Source of the DNA: an uncultured Spirochaetota bacterium
Lineage (GTDB): Bacteria; Spirochaetota; Spirochaetia; SZUA-6; CAVTHK01
Length of the DNA: 64,000 nucleotides
Direction: 5' to 3'
Assembly: GCA_963734495.1 (NCBI GenBank)
Contig: CAVTHK010000011.1
Location: 256,001 to 320,000 of the forward strand
Positions 1 through 9,911 of this stretch are shown piece after piece (the stretch's first letter is position 1; every line of letters begins with the position of its first letter). The translations under genes were made by a program, and so were the position numbers. The notes under the pieces were generated by a model that did no database searches, was not told the DNA's origin, and saw only the letters and a list, made by a program, of their open reading frames with translations.

Positions 1-2
1 TC

Positions 3-1001
3 AACGACGGGATGGAATTCCGCAACGGGCACTTCCACAGCAGGATGGTGAGCCTCGCGGGCATCGCGAAGTTCGCCCAGCTCACGGGCGACGCCTTCTA
101 CTTGAACCGGGTCAAACGCATCTATGACTGGGCTCTGTCGAAGTCCACCGCCTTCGGCTGGACTCCCGGGTCCCTGAGGAAGAACAAGGCGTACCATCAC
201 GAGACCTGCACGTTGTGCGACATGATCGAGACCGGTATCATCCTCGCATCCGGCGGCTACCCGGAATACTGGCAGTGCGTCGAGCGCTTCGTGCGCAACC
301 ACCTGGTCGAGGCGCAGCTCGTCGACACGGACTGGGTCGCCGAGTCGGACGGCAAGGCCGCGGATACCCCGGAGCAGACCGTCCGGCGGGTCGCGAGCAG
401 GTCGCGCGGCGGGTTCGCCGGCTGGGCAGCGCCGAACGACTTTGTCTGCGAAACGGGGCACCGGTTCGACATCATGACCTGCTGCTCCGCCCACGGGACG
501 AGGGCGCTGTACCTCGCGTGGACCGCCGCAGTCTCTCGGGAAGGCTCGCGGGTGCGCGTCAATCTCCTGCTTAACCGCTCGACCCCCGAGCTGGACGTCT
601 ACAGCCTTCTCCCGCACGAGGGAGTGGTCGTCGTGCGAGTCAAGAAGCGCATCGGCGATCTGCAGGTCCGCCTGCCGCGCTGGGCGCCGCCGGACGCTGT
701 CGCGGTCGAGAGGAACGCACGTGCCTCCGCAGACAGCGGGATGCCGGTTCTGGCCGGCCCCTTTCTCAAGGTGGGCGCCTGCGCGGAGGGTGAGGATATC
801 GTGGTCCGCTTTCCCGTCGTCACGGCTCGAACGACAGATCGGGCATGGGACCAGGACTTCGACACGGAGTGGCGCGGGGACAACGTGGTGTCCATAAAGC
901 CGGGCGGCAGGCACTGCCCGTTCTATCGCAGGCAAAGCACGGGTCCGGAGTGCCCCTACACGAGGCGCTCGATCCGGGAAGCAGAGAGCGCGGCGCTGTA
1001 G
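3..1001 (+). CDS. GH127/GH146-like glycoside hydrolase (beta-L-arabinofuranosidase-like), 5'-truncated by window edge
   Basis: Frame open from the window start. HETC and TCCS motifs match the Glu/Cys + Cys-Cys Zn site of GH127; ERFVRNHL helix; C-terminal 'LQVRLPRWA' beta domain. Confidence 0.7.
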   Translation, partial: NDGMEFRNGHFHSRMVSLAGIAKFAQLTGDAFYLNRVKRIYDWALSKSTAFGWTPGSLRKNKAYHHETCTLCDMIETGIILASGGYPEYWQCVERFVRNHLVEAQLVDTDWVAESDGKAADTPEQTVRRVASRSRGGFAGWAAPNDFVCETGHRFDIMTCCSAHGTRALYLAWTAAVSREGSRVRVNLLLNRSTPELDVYSLLPHEGVVVVRVKKRIGDLQVRLPRWAPPDAVAVERNARASADSGMPVLAGPFLKVGACAEGEDIVVRFPVVTARTTDRAWDQDFDTEWRGDNVVSIKPGGRHCPFYRRQSTGPECPYTRRSIREAESAAL

Positions 1002-1027
1002 GCGGCCGTGGAGAGAAAGGAGCCCAA

Positions 1028-1699
1028 GTGGCAACAGTCGTAGCAGTCTACACCGGTCAGGGTCTGATGGAGAGCGTCCGCGCCCTGTTCGCCAAAGCGC
1101 TTCCGGGCGTCAGGCTGGTCAACATCATAGACGACAGCATCATCGCGGACGTGATCGCGGCGGGCCGGGTGACGACGAACGTCTCGCGACGCCTCATCGG
1201 CTATTTCTACACCGCACGCGACATAGGCGCTGACGTGATCCTGAGCACGTGCTCCTCGGTCGGAGACCTCATCCCGATCGCCCGCAGGCTCATCGACACG
1301 CCGATCGTGCGGATCGACGAGGCGATGGCGAGACAGGCGGTCGAGGCGGGAGGCACCATCGGCGTGCTCGCTACGCTCGCGACGACGCTGGATCCCACGG
1401 TCAGGCTGGTCAAGTCCATAGCGGACGAATCGAAGGGGAAAGTACGTGTTCTCGAGGGGCTCGCGCAAGGCGCGTATCAGGCCCTCGTCGCGGGCAAGCC
1501 CGAAGAGCACGACCGGCTTCTGATGGCCCAGGCAGTCAAGATGGCCTCGGAAGCGGACACGATCGTCCTTGCCCAGGGCTCGATGGCGAGGATGCAGGAG
1601 GCGATCGGGAAGCAGACGGGCCGCCGCGTGCTGGCCAGCCCGCAACTCGGGGTCGCTGCGGTGGCGGAGATACTGGCTGCAACGGCAAGAGCCATCTGA
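1028..1699 (+). CDS. Asp/Glu/hydantoin racemase family protein
   Basis: GTG after AGAAAGGAG; motifs TCSSVG, RIDEAMA, GVLATLATTL, VLAQGSMA. Confidence 0.8.
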   Translation: MATVVAVYTGQGLMESVRALFAKALPGVRLVNIIDDSIIADVIAAGRVTTNVSRRLIGYFYTARDIGADVILSTCSSVGDLIPIARRLIDTPIVRIDEAMARQAVEAGGTIGVLATLATTLDPTVRLVKSIADESKGKVRVLEGLAQGAYQALVAGKPEEHDRLLMAQAVKMASEADTIVLAQGSMARMQEAIGKQTGRRVLASPQLGVAAVAEILAATARAI

Positions 1700-1719
1700 T
1701 TGAACGGACAAAAAGGATC

Positions 1720-2160
1720 GTCAAGCACAACAGATGCTGCGCCGGGGGCGGCGGCGAAGATGTGAAGCAAGTTGAAGAAGGGCCTGGGTCCTTGAAATAG
1801 AACCGTTTGGTGCCGGACAGATGCGGCAGGCGCTTGAAGAGACTGTTCTCGATTTGCCATCGCAGGTGTGCGGCCTCGCGTAGTTCCTCTATCGACAGCG
1901 AGAGGTCAGTGGTGACGATCCAGCAGGTGATGGTGGGACGGCCGCGGCGTTTGAAGTAGATCTCGGTGAGTTCCACGAACTGGACTGGCACCCGGCGAAC
2001 GAGCCTGGAGTCTGCCGAGCTCGCCAGAGGCAGAGCCTGAGGCTGTCGAAGCCGTGGGCTTCGTTGTCGCCTCCGAAGTGACAGAGGAGGTTGAAGGCGT
2101 CCTTGGTGTCCACACTGGAATTCCCTCGATTCGGCGGACAGGGTCCTTAAGGTGTTGACG
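1720..2160 (-). mobile_element. Degenerate DDE transposase remnant (IS4/ISAs1-like C-terminal part)
   Basis: 'WIVTTDLSL...LRWQIENSLFKRL' matches the C1 catalytic-Glu motif of IS4-type transposases; frameshifted, N-terminus missing, ends approximate. Confidence 0.65.
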
Positions 2161-2303
2161 CCTCAGAAGCGGCCTTCTCGGCGGGTCTCGGGACAGGTGG
2201 TATCTACGGACCCCCGAAATGGGCCTCCTCAAATCCCATGCCAACCAGTCTCCCTTTGCCACGCCCTTGCAGACGGCGAACTTCTGCAGCGATAGCGTGA
2301 CAC

Positions 2304-2332
2304 TTGACATGCCGACTAACATGCTATAGAAT
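2304..2332 (+). promoter_or_regulatory. sigma70 promoter of first ABC operon
   Basis: TTGACA-17 bp-TAGAAT upstream of AAGGAGG RBS and ATG 2378. Confidence 0.75.
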
Positions 2333-2377
2333 CCGCTCGATAATGGGGTGCTCTCGATTTCATCAAGGAGGCTTCGT

Positions 2378-3685
2378 ATGGGAAGGATCGCAAGGCTGTG
2401 TGTGATCGTCGCGGCGCTCGCCTTGATAGGGTCCGGCATCTGGGCCGAGGGCAAGGCCGAGCAGAAGGCGAGTGGCAAGGGTGCTCAGGTGCTCGATGTG
2501 CTGTGGCACGTCTGTCCGGCGGGTCGAGAGACGAGCAAGCTGCACGGCGAGTTCGAGAAGCTCTTTCCGGGAGTCCAGGTCAAGTTCAGTGAGATCAGCG
2601 GACCCCTGATCAACCAGAAGATTGCCCTGGAGTGGGCCGCGAAGACCAAGGCGTTTGACGTCGTCAACACGGCGGAGACCGACCGCATGTGGTCGATGAA
2701 AGCCGCGCTGAGCCTCAATCCGATGATCGAAAAGGACGACCCGAAAAGCATCCAGATCGACGACATTCTGGCGCCCACCAAAGTCTCGATGGTCAGGGAC
2801 GGCCAGTGGCTGGGCCTGCCCGTACGGAACGACACCCGCCTGATGTACTACAACACCCGCATGTTCAAGAACGCGGGGCTGGACCCATCGAAGCGTCTCA
2901 AGACCTTCGACGAAACGCTGCAGGCCGCGCTCAAGCTGAACGATCCTGCAAAGGACATCGCCGGCTTTATCGTCGGCTACATGGCGCAGTACTCCTATGT
3001 CTGGGTTGCCCCTTACTACATCGAGAGCTTCGGCGGCCAGATGTTCGACACCAAGTGGCATCCCACGTTCAACTCCCCCGAGGGCGTGCGCGCGATGCAG
3101 TTCTATGTGGACCTGTATCGGAAGCACAAGGTAACGTTGCCGGAGGCTCTGAACGTCGATCACCCGGAGCAGACGACCGCGCTCCTGAACGCCCGCGGTG
3201 CCATGAACATCAACGTCCCTGCGCGGTGGGCGGACCAATTCAAACCAGAGTTCCCAAAGGTCAAAGGCGACCTGACCGCGGCTGCACCTCCCGGCGACAA
3301 GCGCAATCACAACATTACGGCGGCCTGGGGTCTCTTCGTGATGGCAGACAGCGACACGCCGCAGCTTGCCTACGAGTACGTGAAATGGGCGTCCTCGACC
3401 GCGATCCAGAAGCGAATCATCAAGGTGGGTGGCGACTGCAATCCGACCCGTATGTCTGTTATCGCGGATCTGGAGATGCAGAAGGAGTTCCCGGTCTTCA
3501 AGGCGCTCTACGACATCGGGGCCGATGCCTATCCATCGCCCATGTTGCCCGAGAGCGCGCAGGTCGGCGACATCGTCAGCAAGTATCTGAGGCTCGCAGC
3601 CAACGGCGAAATGACCGCCGAGGCCGCCGTGGCGACAGCTTCACAAAAGGTGGACCAGCTCCTGCAGGCGCTCGGTAAGTACTGA
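2378..3685 (+). CDS. Sugar ABC transporter solute-binding protein (family 1)
   Basis: Signal peptide ...IWAEGKAEQK; LPVRND..MYYN..MFKNAGL; FNSPEGVRAMQFY. Confidence 0.9.
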   Translation: MGRIARLCVIVAALALIGSGIWAEGKAEQKASGKGAQVLDVLWHVCPAGRETSKLHGEFEKLFPGVQVKFSEISGPLINQKIALEWAAKTKAFDVVNTAETDRMWSMKAALSLNPMIEKDDPKSIQIDDILAPTKVSMVRDGQWLGLPVRNDTRLMYYNTRMFKNAGLDPSKRLKTFDETLQAALKLNDPAKDIAGFIVGYMAQYSYVWVAPYYIESFGGQMFDTKWHPTFNSPEGVRAMQFYVDLYRKHKVTLPEALNVDHPEQTTALLNARGAMNINVPARWADQFKPEFPKVKGDLTAAAPPGDKRNHNITAAWGLFVMADSDTPQLAYEYVKWASSTAIQKRIIKVGGDCNPTRMSVIADLEMQKEFPVFKALYDIGADAYPSPMLPESAQVGDIVSKYLRLAANGEMTAEAAVATASQKVDQLLQALGKY

Positions 3686-3763
3686 CGACGCGATCCCGTG
3701 GTGTGCGGAGAGCCGGTAAGCGATCCGCACACCGGTCCATTTGCGGGTGAATCGAGGCGTGCC

Positions 3764-4531
3764 ATGCTGACGCGCAAACAGAGGCAGTACGTGGGCAAGC
3801 TACCTCATGGTCCTGCCCGCGTTCCTGTTGCTCGTGATGGTGGTTCTCTACCCCTTGGCGAACTCGTTCGTATTGTCAATGAGCCGTTACAGTCTCCAGA
3901 CGCCTCACCTCGGCATGAAGTATGTTGGGCTGAGCAACTTCTCGGCGTTGCTCGCGGATGTCGAGAACTACAGTGCCTTTCTACGAACTTTCGAGTACAC
4001 GCTGTGGGTCGTTGGGATTGGCCAGGTGCTTGCAGGGTTCGTCGCAAGCGCGCTGAACAAGGCCTTTGTGTGGCAGAAGACCGCGCGTGTGCTGATACTC
4101 CTGCCGATGTTTCTCGCGCCGGTCGCCTCCGGCGCAATGTGGCGGCTCATGTACGACTACCAGTACGGAGTCTTCAACTACCTGGTACAGCAATTGGGCA
4201 TGCCGAAGATGATGTGGCTCGGGCAGCCGCAGTTGGCCATGGAAAGCGTTATTGCGGCTGGAGTGTGGGGTAGCATGCCCTTCGCGGTTCTGATGACACT
4301 GGCTGGCCTCCAGTCACTTCCCGTCGATCTCTACGAGGCCGCGAGGATCGACGGAGCGTAAAGTGGCACCTCTTCCGCTACCTGACGGTCCCTCTCATGG
4401 CGCCCATCTTCATGATAGTCATCATGATCAGGACGATGGACTCCATCAGGACGTTCGACATGATATGGGCCCTGACTGCCGGCGGTCCCGGAACGCGGAC
4501 CGAGGTCGTCAGCCTCTACGTGTACAAGAAG
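3764..4531 (+). pseudogene. Sugar ABC permease (MalF-like), frameshifted and 3'-truncated by deletion
   Basis: EAA loop 'LYEAARIDGA'; frameshifts near 3793 and 4358; sequence breaks off after GGPGTRTEVVSLYVYKK. Confidence 0.75.
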
Positions 4532-4998
4532 TGCTGCTGTTTCCGATGTTCATGCTTCTCAATGCGTATCGCCTCCTGGACACCCGCACGGGGCTTGTTG
4601 TTGTCTACGTGTCCTTTACGCTCCCTTTTGCGGTCTGGGTGATGATCGGGTTCTTCAGGGACCTCCCGCGCGATCTGGAGGACGCAGCGACAATTGACGG
4701 CTGCTCCATGGTGAAGACCTTCTTGTTTATCTTTATTCCGCTTGTTGCGCCGGCGTTTGCGGCGGTGGGCATTCTCAACTGGTCGTACTCGTGGAACGAG
4801 TTCCTGTACTCAACCGTCTTGACGCGGGGAAACGCTCTGACTCTGCCGCCTGCCATGTCCAAGCTGTTCCAGGATCATCGGGTGCATTGGCCGGAGCTAT
4901 GCGCGATGGCCTCAGTCATCATCGTCCCCGTAATCGTCGTGGCTACGCTGATGCAGCGCTTCATCGTGAGGGGACTCACGCAGGGCGCCGTCAAGTGA
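4531..4998 (+). pseudogene. Sugar ABC permease (MalG-like), only C-terminal half present
   Basis: Starts mid-protein (VLLFPMFMLL); EAA loop 'LEDAATIDGCS', SWNEFL, ends QRFIVRGLTQGAVK. Confidence 0.75.
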
Positions 4999-5084
4999 CG
5001 CGGCAGGGGCAGCGGAAACGACGCGCCGAGAGATCGGCGACAGAATACAATCCATTGCCGAATGACTTGGAGGCGGTGTAAGCG

Positions 5085-6479
5085 ATGGCACAAGAAACAA
5101 GGAGTCGCGTAATTGTTCTGACGGACATGGAGAATGAGCCCGACGATTCGCAGACGATGGTCAAGCTCATGATGTACTCGAACGAAATCGACATCGAGGG
5201 CCTGATCGCAGTCACGTCGCGATGGCTGCAGAACAGGGTGTTCCCGGAGTCGATAGTCGATAGAGTCTTGGCATATGGCGAGGTCAGGTCGAACTTGGCC
5301 AAGCACGCGCAAGGCTGGCCAACAGTGGAATACCTCATGTCGAAGATAGGCTCGGGCGTCGTCTGCTCCTCGGGCTACGGCATGGAGGCGGTCGGCGATG
5401 GAAAGAGCACCGACGGATCCAACTTGATCGTTTCTGCGGTCGATCGGCAGGACTCGCGACCCGTTTATGTATGCATTAATGCCGGAGCCAACACGCTGGC
5501 ACAGGCTCTCTGGGATGTGCGGAAGTCAAGGTCTGCGCGCGAAGTCGAGCAGTTCGTAGCCAGACTGCGAGTCTACGATGACGCAGGACAGGACGACGCA
5601 GGAGCGTGGATGTGCCACGAGTTTCCGGAGATCTTCTACATCCGCAGCCAGACTCAGGTGTTCGGACTGTATGGGGGCGGCGACGGTTTCGCGGGAGGGC
5701 CGCAGGTCTGCCATCCGTCTCAGGAGGCCTGGGCCAACGAGAATATTCGGCGTGGGCACGGGATTCTGGGCGCCATGTATCCTCAGCGCCTCATGAAAGA
5801 CTACAACATGCACGTAAAGTATTTCCCCCTGGACGGAGGGGGCACAACGACCTGGCTGGGGCACGTGAACAAAGGCCTCTATGACCCGACCCAGCCGAGT
5901 TGGGGCGGCTGGGGAGGGCGGTTCACCGCCGTCAAACACGAGAACGTCGCGGCTTCGATCGAAGCGGTGCGACCGATCGAGGCGGCATACAGGCCATACT
6001 GGATGTACAAGCAGGCGGCAGACACCTGGAGCGACGGACAAACGACATGGGAGAACAACGTGTTTGCGCCCCTGTTCCGTTGGCGCCAGGACTACACCAA
6101 CGATTTCCAGGCGCGGATGGACTGGTGTGTCGCTGACCACAGCCAAGCAAACCATCACCCCGTCGCGGTAGTGAACGGCGACAAGACACGAACCGTCTTG
6201 CGGATGCAGGTCGATGTTGGGCAGGAAGTGGTCCTGGATGCTTCCGGTTCGAGCGATCCGGACGGCGATTCACTGACTTATCGCTGGTATCCATATCCTG
6301 AAGCAGGCAGCTACGCCGGCACGATGCCGGTTCAGGATGCGACGAAGGCGCGGGCAAGTTTCCGGGTGCCGAAAGACGCGGCACGCGAGCAGATTCACCT
6401 CGTGCTCGAGGTGGCAGACGCGAATGTCATTGTGAGCCTCAAGTCGTACAGACGGATAGTGCTTGACGTACGGGGTTGA
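5085..6479 (+). CDS. DUF1593 (Sde182-like nucleoside-hydrolase-fold) protein with C-terminal Ig/PKD-like domain
   Basis: TDMENEPDD motif, GGWGGRF, NDFQARMDWCV..ANHHP, LDASGSSDPDGD, YPEAG; GGAGG RBS. Confidence 0.85.
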   Translation: MAQETRSRVIVLTDMENEPDDSQTMVKLMMYSNEIDIEGLIAVTSRWLQNRVFPESIVDRVLAYGEVRSNLAKHAQGWPTVEYLMSKIGSGVVCSSGYGMEAVGDGKSTDGSNLIVSAVDRQDSRPVYVCINAGANTLAQALWDVRKSRSAREVEQFVARLRVYDDAGQDDAGAWMCHEFPEIFYIRSQTQVFGLYGGGDGFAGGPQVCHPSQEAWANENIRRGHGILGAMYPQRLMKDYNMHVKYFPLDGGGTTTWLGHVNKGLYDPTQPSWGGWGGRFTAVKHENVAASIEAVRPIEAAYRPYWMYKQAADTWSDGQTTWENNVFAPLFRWRQDYTNDFQARMDWCVADHSQANHHPVAVVNGDKTRTVLRMQVDVGQEVVLDASGSSDPDGDSLTYRWYPYPEAGSYAGTMPVQDATKARASFRVPKDAAREQIHLVLEVADANVIVSLKSYRRIVLDVRG

Positions 6480-6578
6480 CGAGCGCAACGTCCCGGCTCT
6501 GGTGTGGGTCAGCCGGGCCGTCCGCGACCGCATGAAGCAAAGATTCGTCTACGGTTACTCCGGTGGAGGACATCTCAG

Positions 6579-7215
6579 ATGATCAGACGGCAGACCGTGC
6601 TGGATATCGGGGACGGCTCGTTTCAGGTCAACGAAAGACAACCTACGCTCCGGAGGCCGGTCTCCCAGAGGCTTCACCCTGAGTGAAGGGCAAACTCCTG
6701 ATGCCGAAAAGCGCGAACTGGATCTTCGACGATGCGCGCTATCCGGAGTTCGGCAGCGACGACAGCTCGTATTTCGGCAGTGTGTCCTGGGACTACCCGA
6801 ACGGGAAATGGGATCCAGACTGCAACGCGGATGAGTCCATCGCGCAGCTCCCGACCTACTGGAAGCACTGTCTCATGATGGTCAACGTGAACCTGATGGA
6901 TAATCAGCCGGTCGGCAGGGCGGCGTCCCACCGGTGGATCAACTCGGTGTTCACCGCGAAAGGCGATCTGAAGCCGGCATACTAACGCCGTCTCGGGCGA
7001 GTGCTCGAGGCTGTGGACGCCTCCAGTGCCTCGTCGAGTCACGGCACAAGAACATAATGGTTGAGATCGGCAACGAGGGCAATCGTCCCTTGCACAATCA
7101 CTGGATGTTGAGGGGCCAGAGGGTCGTTGAAGCGATCCGGATGGCGAAAGAGGCTTCGCTGAGACAGCGGGCCAGGCGCTCCACACTGAGACGAAGGAGC
7201 GCCACACGTTCTTGA
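6579..7215 (+). pseudogene. Degraded TIM-barrel glycoside-hydrolase-like hypothetical gene
   Basis: RBS GGAGGA + ATG; fragments 'IFDD..WDYPNGKWDPD', 'WINSVFTAKGDLKPAY*RRL' and 'KNIMVEIGNE' in different frames; internal stop and apparent deletion. Confidence 0.5.
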
Positions 7216-7241
7216 GGCGTTGTCAGGAAAGGGGGTCGTCT

Positions 7242-8699
7242 ATGGAGTTCGCGTCAAAAGGCAAACCGGAAGATCGCCACCGGCTCGTCATTCTCACCGA
7301 CATGGAGAACGAGCCCGACGATTCACAAACGATGGTCAAACTGCTCATCTACTCTAGTGAGATCGACATCGAGGGCCTGATCGCGGTCTCCTCACGCTGG
7401 CTCCCGAATGATTGCTTCCCAGAGTCCATCGTCGACCGGGTCGAGGCCTATGGCCTTGTTCGAGCGCAGCTGGCCCGTCATGCAACGGGGTGGCCGAGCC
7501 GGGAGTACCTGCTTGACCGCACCGCGGGAGGCCAGAAGGGCTTCGGGATGAAGGCCGTCGGGGACTTCAAGAACACCCCCGGGTCCGATCTCATCATCCG
7601 CGCGGTGGACAAGGATGATCCCAGGCCGGTCTGGTTTGCGATCAATGCAGGCGCGAACACTCTCGCGCAGGCACTTTGGGACGTGAGACGCAGCCGAACA
7701 CCAGAAGAAACCGCGAGATTCGTCTCGAAGGTGCGCGTATACGACGACTCGGGACAGGACGATGCAGGCGCCTGGATGTGTCACGCTTTCCCCGATCTGT
7801 TCTACATCAGGAGTCGAACACAGGTATTCGGCCTTTTTGGGCCGACCATGGGAAGCGGCCCGCAGCCTTGGAGTCCACTTGACGAATACGGTTGGGTGGA
7901 GACACATGTCCGTACGAGGCACAGCATCCTCGGCGCGCTCTATCCGCAACGCCTTTTCCTTGTGCCACCGTGGAACACCGGCGAGAGGGGACGGATCCAT
8001 CACGCGTTCATGGACGGCGGCGGAACGACGACCTGGCTCGGGATGGTGAACAAGGGGCTGTTCGTCCCTGATGAGATCTCGTGGGGCGGGTGGGGCGGTC
8101 GGTTCTCTTGGAACAAGGAACAGGTTCTGGCAGGCCAGTACCGCGTGGACGAGCTCGAGGAGCAGCACAAGCCGTTCCTGATGTATCCCCAGGCTCAGGA
8201 CACCTCGTACACCTGCGGAGACTCCGACAAACCTGTATTCGAGTTCTCGGGAGTGAGCGGAAGAACACCCTATTACCCGAAGGACTTTGCCGCCCTTTGG
8301 CGATGGCGGGACGCCTACCTCAGGGATTTCCAGGGGCGCATGGACTGGTGCGTCTGTGACTACGCTCACGCCAACCATCACCCGGTTGCCGTCTTTATGG
8401 GCGACGAGAACCGAACCGTGGTGCGGCTCGTGGCGACGGCCGGCGAAAAGGTCCCGCTGGATGCTTCCGGTTCCTACGATCCGGACCGCAACGGGCTGCG
8501 TTTCTCATGGTGCGTGTACCCCGAGGCAGGAACGTATCCCGGACAGGTTGAGATCGCGGATTCAAGCGCGGCGATCGCCGTCGTGAATGTTCCCAAGGAT
8601 GCAGCGGGCAAGCAGTTCCATGTCATCCTCGAGGTCACGGACGACCACCCAGTAGTGAATCTGACGTCCTATCGTCGCATCGTGGTGGACGTGACGTAA
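7242..8699 (+). CDS. Second DUF1593 protein (paralogue of 5085..6479)
   Basis: Same motifs TDMENEPDDSQTMVKL, INAGANTLAQALWD, GGWGGRF, RMDWCV..ANHHP, SYRRIV. Confidence 0.85.
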   Translation: MEFASKGKPEDRHRLVILTDMENEPDDSQTMVKLLIYSSEIDIEGLIAVSSRWLPNDCFPESIVDRVEAYGLVRAQLARHATGWPSREYLLDRTAGGQKGFGMKAVGDFKNTPGSDLIIRAVDKDDPRPVWFAINAGANTLAQALWDVRRSRTPEETARFVSKVRVYDDSGQDDAGAWMCHAFPDLFYIRSRTQVFGLFGPTMGSGPQPWSPLDEYGWVETHVRTRHSILGALYPQRLFLVPPWNTGERGRIHHAFMDGGGTTTWLGMVNKGLFVPDEISWGGWGGRFSWNKEQVLAGQYRVDELEEQHKPFLMYPQAQDTSYTCGDSDKPVFEFSGVSGRTPYYPKDFAALWRWRDAYLRDFQGRMDWCVCDYAHANHHPVAVFMGDENRTVVRLVATAGEKVPLDASGSYDPDRNGLRFSWCVYPEAGTYPGQVEIADSSAAIAVVNVPKDAAGKQFHVILEVTDDHPVVNLTSYRRIVVDVT

Positions 8700-8736
8700 G
8701 CGCCGCAGCCTGCACAGGCCTCTCAGTCAGTGCGGC

Positions 8737-9742
8737 TCAGAGGCGCCCGATGATTTCCGGTTCCGCGGCCTTGAACTCGCGCGGCGGCAGGCCGTTCAGG
8801 ACGGCCTCGATGTCGTTGACCAGCATCGTCCCCAGCCTGAGGAAGTCTTCGGGGACGTGGCCCGCCCTGTGGGCGCTCAGGATCGTGTTGGCGCTCCTCC
8901 GCGCCGGGTGCTGCGCGGGCAGCGGCTCCGTGGGGTAGACGTCGATCGCCGCCCGGAAACGGCCCTGGTTCGCCATCTCAACGAGCGCGTCGAAGTCCAC
9001 GAGGTGCGCACGGCTCATGAGCAGGAACACGGCGTCCGGCCTGATGAGCTCCAGTTTCTTCCGGTCAATGAGGCCTTTGTTCTCCGGCGTCGACGCGGCA
9101 AGGACGAAGATCAGCCTGCTTTCTTTCATGAGCGTATCCAGGTCCACCGGTTTCACCCCGAAGCGAGCGAGGTAGGACGGCGGAAGCCACGGATCGTAGA
9201 CCACGAACTGGCACCGGAACGGCTCCAGGAGGGGCTTCAACGACTGACCGAGGCCTCCGAACCCGATCATGCCGACCGTCTTCCCGTAGAGCGTGAAGGC
9301 ATCGGCATTGCCCGCCCGGGAGTACTTCTCCTGACCGCCGCGCATCAGCGCCGTCCCCGCTCAGGATCCCGCGAGCCGAGCAGAGCGCCAGGCTGAGCGC
9401 CATCTCGGCCACGGCCGGCCCGAACACCGGCGAGCAGCTCATCACCCGAATTCCTCGCGCGAAGCACGTCCGGTAGTCCAGATCCGTCTTCGGGGGAGGG
9501 GTGCCTCCGACCTCGAAGATCGCCTTGAGGCTGGTAAGCTCCGTGATCGATCCGAAGCGCCACCGGGTCGTCACTACGATAGAGACGTCGGGGGCGATCT
9601 TCCTGAACTCCTCGACGGGGAGAGGCTCGTTCTTCGCCCAGAGGATCTCGGCCATGGATTCCAGCCGCGCATAGTCCTCCTTTGTGAAGATCCACTCGAT
9701 CCTCCGCCCATGCGGGTCAAGGATGATCCTGGGCTTGCTCAT
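8737..9742 (-). CDS. D-2-hydroxyacid dehydrogenase (frameshift near 9345)
   Basis: GMIGFGGLG Rossmann motif, SRAHLVD, IDVYPTEP, SAHRAG; N-terminal half in another frame with GGGAGGG RBS. Confidence 0.85.
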
Positions 9743-9849
9743 GATCCCTCCCGTATCGTAAGGTCGAGGCTGGACGGAAACGGCGGCCCGACTATTACCT
9801 CGGCTGGGACTGACAGTCAAGGCCGGTCGATCGACGCACCAGCCTGGAG

Positions 9850-9878
9850 TTGAAGACCGGGACGGTATGAACTAACAT
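9850..9878 (+). promoter_or_regulatory. Putative sigma70 promoter of second ABC operon
   Basis: TTGAAG-17 bp-TAACAT; divergent region also carries the palindrome GACTG-A-CAGTC (9808-9818). Confidence 0.4.
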
Positions 9879-9911
9879 CGAAGCACCAAGACTCGCGGAG
9901 GAGGTGGGCGC

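Noticed and set aside
2228-2243. sigma54-like TGGCATGGGATTTGAG on minus strand
   Set aside because: Imperfect -12, points into a transposase remnant, no activator or UAS nearby
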